Source: an uncultured Actinomycetes bacterium
Lineage (GTDB): Bacteria > Actinomycetota > Acidimicrobiia > IMCC26256 > DASPTH01
DNA: 64,000 bases
Assembly (NCBI GenBank): GCA_963725775.1
Contig: CAVRZT010000001.1
Location: 675,568 to 739,567 of the forward strand
Direction of reading: 5' to 3'
Below, in pieces: positions 1-7,987 of the stretch; the stretch's first letter is position 1, and each line of letters opens with the position of its first letter. The position numbers were made by a program, and so were the translations under genes. The notes under the pieces were generated by a model. It made no database searches, was not told the DNA's origin, and worked only from the letters and a program-made list of their open reading frames with translations.

Positions 1-980
1 CGCGTGTCCCGACCTTCGACACCTTCGGGTTGCTCGCCCGATTCGGTCGTGACGTTGCTGGCGCCCCGATCATCAGCGCGAGCGAGCCATCCGAGCGCAC
101 AGCCAGCGTGGACGTGTACGAGGGCGCTCAGCTGCAGGCCGAGATCGAAGGGCTCGAGACTCGGCCGCTCGCGATCTACGACGACAGCGAGCTGTCGATC
201 GCGGGTCTCCAGAACAAGTTGCTCCTCGTCGAAACGCCAGACGGATGGGCGCGACCGGTCGGCGGCTACCCGTCGACCCACATCCTGAAGGTGGAGGACC
301 GCCGGTTCCCCGGACTCGTCACGATGGAAGCGGCATGCCTCCGGCTCGCACGTCAAGTCGGGCTCACGAACATCGACGCAGTCGTGCGGTCCTTCTCGGG
401 AATCGACTGCCTGATCGTCTCGCGTTTCGATCGCATTGCCACGCCACCAGGCGTCCATCGAGTCCATCAGGAGGACGCGTGCCAAGCACTTGGACTCGAT
501 GCCGAGGCTCACGAGGGCGCGGGCAAGTACGAGCGCAGAGGCGGACCGTCGTTCGCTGACGTCGCAGAGATCCTCGATCGCTACGCCCGCGACCCTTCCG
601 GCGAACTCGAGCGGTTGGTGGAAGTCGCGACCTTCACGACGTTGATCGCCAACAGCGATGCCCACGGCAAGAACATCAGCGTGTTGCATGCCGAACCGAC
701 CGAGGTGAGCGTCGCGCCGCTCTACGACACGGTGCCAACTGCGTTGTGGCTGACCCTGCCAGATCGCGCTGCGATGTGGATCAACGGTCACGAAAAGCTG
801 TCGACCGTCACGCTCGATGACATCGTCAGTGAGGCACGCCGTTGGCCTCTCGGGGAGCGCCTTGCGAAACGGGCGGCACTCCGCACAACGGAGCGCGTCA
901 CGGCGGCGGTCGCTGATCTCGACATCCCCGATCGGCTGTCCGACCTCATCACGGCACGCGCCGAAGGCCTGCTCCAGTAG
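1..980 (+). CDS. hipA: HipA-like serine/threonine kinase (type II toxin family), 5' end outside window
   Basis: ORF 30..980 stays open in the same frame back to base 3 (..FDTFGLLARFGRDVAGAPI..). HipA hallmarks: SIAGLQNKLLL, HQEDACQALG, NSDAHGKNISVL, APLYD. Confidence 0.75.
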   Translation, partial: RVPTFDTFGLLARFGRDVAGAPIISASEPSERTASVDVYEGAQLQAEIEGLETRPLAIYDDSELSIAGLQNKLLLVETPDGWARPVGGYPSTHILKVEDRRFPGLVTMEAACLRLARQVGLTNIDAVVRSFSGIDCLIVSRFDRIATPPGVHRVHQEDACQALGLDAEAHEGAGKYERRGGPSFADVAEILDRYARDPSGELERLVEVATFTTLIANSDAHGKNISVLHAEPTEVSVAPLYDTVPTALWLTLPDRAAMWINGHEKLSTVTLDDIVSEARRWPLGERLAKRAALRTTERVTAAVADLDIPDRLSDLITARAEGLLQ

Positions 981-1007
981 ACGGCTCGCTGCGCCGGCCC
1001 TGAGGTT

Positions 1008-1024
1008 CCTGACGGGTCATCAGA
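1008..1024. promoter_or_regulatory. Operator-like palindrome copy 1 (CCTGACGGGTCATCAGA)
   Basis: Matches 13 of 16 arm positions of the TCTGACGG-N-CCGTCAGA motif. Lies 16 nt upstream of the ATG at 1040. Confidence 0.45.
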
Positions 1025-1039
1025 TACGCTCCCGGGCCG

Positions 1040-2230
1040 ATGGATCTCCGCTACACCGCTGACGAGCAGCAGTTCCGAGCCGAGCTGCGCCAGTGGCTCG
1101 CCGACGTGCTGCCGGGTCTCGGGCCCGAGCCGGACCGCGAAGACTGGGATGCCCGCCGCGCCTGGGACACCGGCTGGCAGCGCCTGCTGTTCGACGCCGG
1201 CTACGCCGGCATCAATTGGCCCAGGGAGTACGGCGGTCGCGGCGCCACGCCCACCGAGCACCTCATCTTCATCGAGGAGACCGAACGCGCCCGGGCGCCA
1301 TACGTCGGCATGAACTTCGTCGGCCTGCTGCACGCGGGTCCGACCCTCGTGGCCGAGGCGTCCGACGAGCAGAAGGCCTTCCACCTCCCCGGGATCCTCA
1401 AGGGCGAGCACGTGTGGTGCCAGGGGTTCTCCGAGCCGAACGCCGGGTCCGACCTCGCCAGCCTGCGCACCCGCGCGGTACGCGACGGTGACGACTACGT
1501 GATCTCGGGCCAGAAGATCTGGACCAGCTACGGCCACGTCGCGGACTACTGCGAGATGCTCGTGCGAACCGACGCCGAGGCCCCGAAGCATCGCGGCATC
1601 TCGTGGTTGATCGTGCCGATGGACAGCCCGGGGATCGACGTACGCCCCCTCCTCACCATGGAGGGCACCGCCGAGTTCTGCGAGGTGTTCTTCGACGACG
1701 TACGCGTGCCCGTCGTGAACCGCGTCGGCGACGAGAACGACGGTTGGCGCGTCGCCATGGTCACGTTGAGCTTCGAGCGCGGGACCGCGTTCGTGTCCGA
1801 CGTGCTCGAGTCGATGGAGCTCGTACGCGACCTCGCCGAGCTGGCCAAGACGATCACCAGCAACGGTGCGACCCGCTGGGAAGATGCCGGCCTCCGCCGA
1901 GAGCTCGGGCGCATCGCGGCCGAATTCGACGCGCTGTGGGCGCTCACCAAGCGCAACATCTCGCAAGCGCAGCGCACCGGGCTCGTGGGTGTCGGCGGCA
2001 ACGTGTTCAAGATTGCGTGGTCCGACCTCCGCCAGCATCTCGGCGACATCGCCATGCGCCTCCTCGATCGTGCGTCGCTCTCCCTCGACGATGTGCACGA
2101 GCTCCCGACCGGTCGTCACGTGCACGCGCGCTTCTACGCCCTGTCGATGACCATCGCCGCGGGCACGTCGCAGGTGAACCGCAACATCGTGGGCGAGCGC
2201 GTGCTCGGCCTGCCGAAAGAGCCGCGCTGA
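1040..2230 (+). CDS. Acyl-CoA dehydrogenase (FadE-like, large partner)
   Basis: 396-aa ORF. Motifs WCQGFSEPNAGSDLASLRT, YVISGQKIWTS and C-terminal AAGTSQVNRNIVGERVLGLP are typical of actinobacterial ACADs. Confidence 0.9.
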   Translation: MDLRYTADEQQFRAELRQWLADVLPGLGPEPDREDWDARRAWDTGWQRLLFDAGYAGINWPREYGGRGATPTEHLIFIEETERARAPYVGMNFVGLLHAGPTLVAEASDEQKAFHLPGILKGEHVWCQGFSEPNAGSDLASLRTRAVRDGDDYVISGQKIWTSYGHVADYCEMLVRTDAEAPKHRGISWLIVPMDSPGIDVRPLLTMEGTAEFCEVFFDDVRVPVVNRVGDENDGWRVAMVTLSFERGTAFVSDVLESMELVRDLAELAKTITSNGATRWEDAGLRRELGRIAAEFDALWALTKRNISQAQRTGLVGVGGNVFKIAWSDLRQHLGDIAMRLLDRASLSLDDVHELPTGRHVHARFYALSMTIAAGTSQVNRNIVGERVLGLPKEPR

Positions 2231-3195
2231 TGGACTTCGAGCTCACGTCCGACCAGGAGTCGCTCCAGGAAGGCATGCGGTCGTTCCTCGACGGTCGGTT
2301 CACCCTCGATGCAGTGCGCGACATCGAAGCCGCGGGCACGCTCGACCGGGGGCGGTGGCGCGAGCTCGGTGCAACCGGTGTGTTCTCGCTGACCCTGCCG
2401 GAAGCGGACGGCGGCCTCGAGCTCGGGATCTCCGAGGCGGCACTGGTGTTCGAGGAGCTTGGGCGCGCGCTCGTGCCCGGCCCGCTCGTGGCGACCTTCC
2501 TCGCCGCACCCTTCGTCGACGGCGCGTCAGCGGGCGAGACCATCGTCGGGCTCTTCGAACCGGCCGAGCCGGTCAGCGTGATCGAGCACCAGCCCGACCT
2601 CGACGCGCTCCTGCGCCTCGACGACAGCGGGATCCACCGGCTCGACCCGGCGGCGATCGCCACGACCGCGGTGCGCCGACCGGTCGACGCGCTGACGCCG
2701 GTGTGGCTGGTCGACGGTCCGGTGCCCGAGGGTCAGCTCATCGGCGATGCCGCGGCCGCCCGCCACGCGCGCCTGGTCGGCATGGTGTTGACCGCGGCGC
2801 TCCAACTCGGGCTGGCGCTGCGCGCCACCGAGCTGGCCACCGCGTACGCGAAGGAGCGCGAGCAGTTCGGCCGCGTGATCGGCTCGTTCCAGGCGGTCAA
2901 GCATCTCTGTGCCGACATGCTCGTGCGGGCCGAGGTGGCGCGTGCCGCGGTCTACGCGGCCGCGGTCGCGCTCGACGGCCGGAGCGACGAGGACCCGGCC
3001 CGGGCGGCGGCGGTCGCGAAGGTGATGGCCGGCGATGCCGCGATCGCCAACGGCAAGTCGGGGATCCAGGTGCACGGCGGCATCGGCTTCACCTGGGAGG
3101 TTGACGCGCAGCGGTTCTGGAAGCGCGCCACCGTGCTCGACACGCACTTCGGCAACAGCGACGAGCACGCCGAGGCCGTCGCCGCCCTGCTCTGA
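2230..3195 (+). CDS. Acyl-CoA dehydrogenase-like protein (probable second subunit)
   Basis: The ATG at 2230 overlaps the upstream stop (TGATG). 321 aa with ACAD C-terminal helices (GSFQAVKHLCADM, IQVHGGIGFTWE) but a short N-terminal region. Confidence 0.8.
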   Translation: MDFELTSDQESLQEGMRSFLDGRFTLDAVRDIEAAGTLDRGRWRELGATGVFSLTLPEADGGLELGISEAALVFEELGRALVPGPLVATFLAAPFVDGASAGETIVGLFEPAEPVSVIEHQPDLDALLRLDDSGIHRLDPAAIATTAVRRPVDALTPVWLVDGPVPEGQLIGDAAAARHARLVGMVLTAALQLGLALRATELATAYAKEREQFGRVIGSFQAVKHLCADMLVRAEVARAAVYAAAVALDGRSDEDPARAAAVAKVMAGDAAIANGKSGIQVHGGIGFTWEVDAQRFWKRATVLDTHFGNSDEHAEAVAALL

Positions 3196-3220
3196 CGAAC
3201 GACTGAGAGAGGAACCCACG

Positions 3221-4120
3221 ATGGGCATCTGCGACGGACGCGTCGTCATCGTCACCGGCGGAGGCCGCGGCCTCGGGCGCGCGCACTCGCTGGCGTTCGC
3301 GGCCGAGGGTGCGAAGGTCGTGGTCAACGACCTCGGCGCGTCGCTGCAAGGTGACGTCACCGACGAGTCGCCGGGGGCCGAGGTGGTCAACGACATCCGC
3401 GCTGCAGGCGGCGAGGCGGTCGTCAACGGCGACGACGTCAGCGACTGGGACGGCGCCGGCCACCTGGTCGCGCAGGCGATCGACGAGTTCGGGGGCCTCG
3501 ACACCGTGGTGTGCAACGCGGGCATCGTGCGCGACCGCATGCTGGTGAACATGTCGGTCGACGAGTGGGACGCGGTGATCCGCGTCCACCTGCGGGGGGT
3601 GTTCTGCCCGGTGCGCCACGCCATCGGCTACTGGCGCGACGAGCACAAGGCCGACCGCGGTCGGGCGGCGCGGATCGTCACGACCACGTCGGGGGCCGGG
3701 CTGCGCGGATCGATCGCGCAGTCGAACTACGTCGCAGCGAAGGCCGGGATCGCCGCGTTCACCATCAACGCGGCGGCCGAGCTCGGTCGTTACGGCGTCG
3801 TCGCCAACACGATCGCGCCGTCGGCCCGCAGCCGGATGACGGAGGATGCGATGCCCGAGATGATGGCGCGTCCCGAGACCGGGTTCGACGCGATGGATCC
3901 CGCGAACGTGTCGCCGTTCGTCGTGTGGCTCGGCAGCGCGGACTGCGAGGTGACCGGCCGCGCGTTCGAGATGGCGGGCGGTGACGTCTGCGTGATGAAC
4001 GGCTGGAGCCGGGGGCCGTCGGTCGACGAGGGTCGGCGGTTGGCGCCCGCCGAGGTCGGTCCGCTGCTGCGACGCCTCGTCGCGGACGCTCCGGTGCCCG
4101 AGGCGGTCCACGGAACCTGA
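3221..4120 (+). CDS. Short-chain dehydrogenase/reductase (hydroxyacyl-CoA dehydrogenase-like)
   Basis: ATG 3221 follows GAGAGAGG. Rossmann motif VTGGGRGLG and active-site YVAAK. 299 aa. Confidence 0.85.
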   Translation: MGICDGRVVIVTGGGRGLGRAHSLAFAAEGAKVVVNDLGASLQGDVTDESPGAEVVNDIRAAGGEAVVNGDDVSDWDGAGHLVAQAIDEFGGLDTVVCNAGIVRDRMLVNMSVDEWDAVIRVHLRGVFCPVRHAIGYWRDEHKADRGRAARIVTTTSGAGLRGSIAQSNYVAAKAGIAAFTINAAAELGRYGVVANTIAPSARSRMTEDAMPEMMARPETGFDAMDPANVSPFVVWLGSADCEVTGRAFEMAGGDVCVMNGWSRGPSVDEGRRLAPAEVGPLLRRLVADAPVPEAVHGT

Positions 4121-4132
4121 CAGGTCGTCAGA
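4116..4132. promoter_or_regulatory. Operator-like palindrome copy 2 (CCTGACAGGTCGTCAGA)
   Basis: CTGACA-GGT-CGTCAG overlaps the SDR stop codon. It lies 30 nt upstream of GTG 4162 of the TetR gene. Confidence 0.5.
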
Positions 4133-4161
4133 AACTTCCCGATCGGAGTAGCGTCACGCCC

Positions 4162-4801
4162 GTGACCGAGCCCGCACTCGCCTCCGACGGTCGGGTCATC
4201 GGCGCGCGCGCGCACCAGCACGCGGCGGCGCCTGCTCGACGCCACCGCCAAGTTGTTGGAGGAGCGCGGTGCGCTCGGCGTGCGCGTGGTCGACATCACC
4301 CGCGAGGTCGGGACGTCGCCCGCGACCTTCTACCAGTACTTCCCCGACGTCGAAGAGGCCATCCTGGTGCTCGCCGACGAAGCCACCGACGACATCGGGT
4401 CGTTGCGGCCCTACATCCTCACGCCGTGGAACGACGAGGACGGCGTCGTCCACGTGCAGCAGTTCGTCGCCGCGTTCATGGAGTACTGGGACCGTCACCG
4501 CGTGATCCTGCGGGTCCGCGACCTCCGGGCCGAGGAGGGCGACGACCGCTTCTGGGCCGCGCGCCGCAAGGGGTACGCGGCGATCATCCCCGAGCTCACG
4601 GTCAAGATCGAAGCCGCCCAGACGTCCGGCCGCGTGTCGAAGGAGCTCAACTCCTACGCCGCGGCCGCGGCGGCGATGGCGATGCTGGAACGACTGCTCA
4701 CGTACCGGTCGGTGTTCCGCCGGCGAGGCGTCACCAAGGAAGCGATGGCTGCGACCCTGGCAGCCATCCTGTACGAGACGGTCACCGGTCATCCGAGCTG
4801 A
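4162..4801 (+). pseudogene. TetR-family regulator, reading frame broken near the 5' end
   Basis: The HTH helix-1 sequence RTSTRRRLLDATAKLLEERG..VVDITREVGTSPATFYQYF is open from 4166 but has no ATG/GTG/TTG before TTG 4253. GTG 4162 (MTEPALASDGRVIGARA) is in the adjacent frame. The frames meet in a (GC)6 run at 4202-4213. Confidence 0.6.
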
Positions 4802-4827
4802 GACCGACGATCAGGAGCGAGGAACCC

Positions 4828-6033
4828 ATGGCCCGTGACATCCCCCGGTTCATCAGCGTCGACGACCACGTGGTGGAGCCTCCCCACCTGTTCCAGAAGT
4901 GGTTGCCGAAGAAGTACGCCGACGATCCCCGCGCGCCTCACGTCGAGCGCCGGGGCATCGGCAAGATGGAGTACAAGGGCGGCACGACCTACGAGATCGA
5001 GTGGGACGACACGCAGCCCAAGTCCGACACGTGGTTCTACGAGGAGCTCGTGGCACCGCACAAGCGCCACGTCGCTTCGGTCGGGTTCCCGCGCGACGAG
5101 ATGACGTTGTCGCCGATCACCTACGACGAGATGCGCCCCGGGTGCTTCGACCCGAAGGCGCGACTCGAAGACATGGACCTCGACCACGTCGAGGCGTCGC
5201 TCTGCTTCCCGACCTTCCCGCGGTTCTGCGGCCAGACCTTCGCCGAGGCGAAGGACAAGGACCTCGCCTGGGCGTGCATGCGTGCGTACAACGACTGGAT
5301 GGTCGAGGAGTGGTGCGGCGATTCCGGCGGTCGGCTCATCCCGCTGTGCCTCGTCCCGCTGTGGGACGTCGAGCTCGCGGCCGCCGAGGTGCGGCACAAC
5401 GCGGCGCGTGGGGTGACCGCGGTCGCCTTCTCCGAGATCCCGGCGAAGCTCGGACTGCCCACATTGCACTCCGGCTACTGGGAGCCGTTCTTCCAGGCCT
5501 GCGCCGAGACCGAGACGCTCGTGTGCATGCACATCGGCTCGTCGTCGCAGATGCCGGCGACGTCACCTGACGCGCCGGCCGCGGTGCAGGCGACGCTGAG
5601 CTTCGGCAACGCGATGTCGTCGATGACCGACTACCTGTTCTCGGGTGTGCTCGTGCGCAACCCGCAGCTGCGACTGGCGTACAGCGAGGGCCAGATCGGG
5701 TGGATCCCCTACATCCTCGAGCGCGCCGATGACGTGTGGGTGGAGCACCGGGCGTGGGGTGGCGTGCAAGGCGTGATGACCGAGCCACCGTCGTACTACT
5801 ACCACCGGCAGGTCTTCGGTTGCTTCTTCCGCGATCGTCACGGCCTCGAGTCGCTGCACCGCATCGGCGTCGACAACGTGACCTTCGAGACCGACTACCC
5901 GCACACCGACTCGACGTGGCCGCACACGAAGAAGCTGTTCGAGGAGCAGGTAGCCGACCTCGACGACGAAACCGTCTACAAGCTCGCCCGGGGCAACGCC
6001 ATCCGCATGCTCCGGCTGCCGCTCGACCGCTGA
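4828..6033 (+). CDS. Amidohydrolase_2-type metal-dependent hydrolase (about 400 aa)
   Basis: ATG 4828 follows GGAGCGAGGAA. Motifs ISVDDHVVEPP, MHIGSSS, FETDYPHTDSTWPH. Clear paralog of 20073..21278. Confidence 0.85.
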   Translation: MARDIPRFISVDDHVVEPPHLFQKWLPKKYADDPRAPHVERRGIGKMEYKGGTTYEIEWDDTQPKSDTWFYEELVAPHKRHVASVGFPRDEMTLSPITYDEMRPGCFDPKARLEDMDLDHVEASLCFPTFPRFCGQTFAEAKDKDLAWACMRAYNDWMVEEWCGDSGGRLIPLCLVPLWDVELAAAEVRHNAARGVTAVAFSEIPAKLGLPTLHSGYWEPFFQACAETETLVCMHIGSSSQMPATSPDAPAAVQATLSFGNAMSSMTDYLFSGVLVRNPQLRLAYSEGQIGWIPYILERADDVWVEHRAWGGVQGVMTEPPSYYYHRQVFGCFFRDRHGLESLHRIGVDNVTFETDYPHTDSTWPHTKKLFEEQVADLDDETVYKLARGNAIRMLRLPLDR

Positions 6034-6061
6034 CCCGACTCATCCCTGGGGGGAAACTGCG

Positions 6062-6986
6062 ATGCCGCTCGACGCCGACTTCCTTGAAATAGCTGCGCGC
6101 GTCCGCAACTGGGGCCGCTGGGGTGACGACGACGAGTTGGGCACGCTCAACCTGATCGACGCCGCCGCGATCCGGCGGGGCGCGGCGTGCGTGCAGGACG
6201 GGAAGGCGTTCTCGCTGGCGATCCCGCTCGACGACAACGGGCCGCAGATCGGGTTCATTCCCGGTCGGTACAACCCGATCCACAAGGTGTTCCAGGTCAA
6301 CGAGGTCACCATCGGCGACCCCGACGGCACCCGATTCTCCGACGACCAGATGGATCTCGCGCTGCAGGCGTGCACCCACTGGGACGCGTTCGTCGCACTC
6401 GAGCTACGGCGGCAACCTCTGGAACGGTCATCCCGCCGACTCCATCACCGAAGCCGGCGCGGCCAAGTGCGGCATCGGGATGGTGAAGTCGTTGGTGACA
6501 CGCGGCGTGCTGCTCGACATCGCCCGGCTCAAAGGTGTCGACGTGGTGGAGGCGGGCACGCCGCTGACCGGCGCCGACCTCGACGCCGCGTGCGAGAAGT
6601 TCGGTGTGACCGTCGAACCCGGCGACGTCGTGCTGTTGCGAATGGGTGCGATGTCACTCTTCCTCGCCGGCGACCGCGTGGGGTATGCGTCGACGAACGC
6701 GGGACCGTCGCTGCAGAGCGTCGACTGGTTCCACGATTACGACGTCGCGGCCGTCGCCACCGACAACCCGACGTTCGAGTGCGTCGACTTCGAGCGTTCG
6801 GTGCCGTTGCCGGTGCACGCGCTGCACCTGGTCGAGATGGGGATGACCCAGGGCCAGAACTGGAACCTCGAGGAGCTCGCGGCCGACTGCGCGGCCGACG
6901 GCCGGTACACGTTCCTCCTGTCCGCCGCGCCCGAACCGGTGACCGGTGGCACCGGCGCGCCGGTCGTACCCGTCGCCGTGAAGTAG
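6062..6986 (+). pseudogene. Putative cyclase / kynurenine-formamidase-like protein, one frameshift
   Basis: The N-terminal part (..LQACTHWDAF) ends in garbage. The same protein continues in another frame as SSYGGNLWNGHPADSITEAGAAKCGIGMVKSLVTRGVLLDIAR (ORF 6480..6986). The switch is near 6393-6402. Confidence 0.7.
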
Positions 6987-7005
6987 GGAAGCCGACCCGC
7001 TCCCG

Positions 7006-7057
7006 TTTTGGCGTCACTGGTGCGCGGCGTCTCTACGGCGCACGAACGACGCCAAAA
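7006..7057. other. Nested inverted repeat (TTTTGGCGTC..GACGCCAAAA enclosing GTGCGC..GCGCAC)
   Basis: 10-bp outer arms at 7006-7015 and 7048-7057, 6-bp inner arms at 7020-7025 and 7038-7043. It ends 11 nt before the LLM start. Confidence 0.3.
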
Positions 7058-7068
7058 GGAAGGACACG

Positions 7069-7950
7069 ATGAAGTTCATCGCCAACATCTCGATGTGCGA
7101 CGCGTCGTTCTACGTGCCGCTCGCGCAGGCCGCCGAAGCTGCGGGCTTCGACACCATCGCGGTGCCCGACAGCATCGCGTACCCGAAGGAATCGTCGTCG
7201 ACGTACCCGTACAACTTCGACGGCACGCGCGAGTTCCTGGAGAACAAGCCGTTCATCGAACCCCACATCGCGATGGCGGCGATGAGCGCGGTCACGACCA
7301 CGATCGAGTTCCACACGTTCGTGTTGAAGATGCCGATCCGCCACCCGGTGATCTACGCCAAGGAAGCGACGTCGCTCGCGGTCATCACCGGCGACCGGTT
7401 CGTGCTCGGCGTCGGCACGAGCCCGTGGCCCGACGATTACGAGATCGTGCAGCTGCCGTGGGAAGGGCGCGGCCGCCGCTTCGACGAGTGCATCGCGATC
7501 GTGCGGGGCTTCGCCGCCGGCGGCTACTTCGAGTTCCACGGCGAGTTCTACGACTTCCCGGCGGTGAAGATGGAGCCGGTGCCCTCACGCCCGATCCCGG
7601 TGCTCATCGGTGGTCATGCCGATGCCAACCTGCGGCGCGCCGCGCGCCTGGGTGACGGCTGGATGGGTGCCGGCGGCATGCTCGACGACCTGATCCCGAT
7701 GATCGACCGCATGAACGATCTTCGGCGTGAGTACGGGCGCGAGCGCGAACCGTTCGACATCTACGCCACGGCGCCGGAGTCGTTCACACTCGACGGCATC
7801 AAGCGCCTCGAGGACCTCGGCGTGACCCACACCGCCGGCGGGTTCGGCCGCTTCAACCCCTACGGGCTCGAGACCGACCCCGAGACGCTGCAGGAGAAGA
7901 TCGACAACCTCCACCGCTTCGGCGACGACGTGATCTCCGCCACCCCATGA
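7069..7950 (+). CDS. Luciferase-like (LLM class) F420-dependent oxidoreductase
   Basis: 293 aa. AAGFDTIAVPDS, GVGTSPWPDDYE and PVLIGGHADANLRRAARLGDGWMG are typical of the LLM/F420 subgroup. RBS AAGGAAGGA. Confidence 0.85.
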   Translation: MKFIANISMCDASFYVPLAQAAEAAGFDTIAVPDSIAYPKESSSTYPYNFDGTREFLENKPFIEPHIAMAAMSAVTTTIEFHTFVLKMPIRHPVIYAKEATSLAVITGDRFVLGVGTSPWPDDYEIVQLPWEGRGRRFDECIAIVRGFAAGGYFEFHGEFYDFPAVKMEPVPSRPIPVLIGGHADANLRRAARLGDGWMGAGGMLDDLIPMIDRMNDLRREYGREREPFDIYATAPESFTLDGIKRLEDLGVTHTAGGFGRFNPYGLETDPETLQEKIDNLHRFGDDVISATP

Positions 7951-7987
7951 GCTCTGACGCTCGGACGCCGAACTGCAGTACGCTCCG

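Noticed and set aside
7953-7970. TCTGACGCTCGGACGCC after the LLM gene, and TCTGACC at 61075
   Set aside because: Only a left half-site is present with no inverted partner. This is probably chance.
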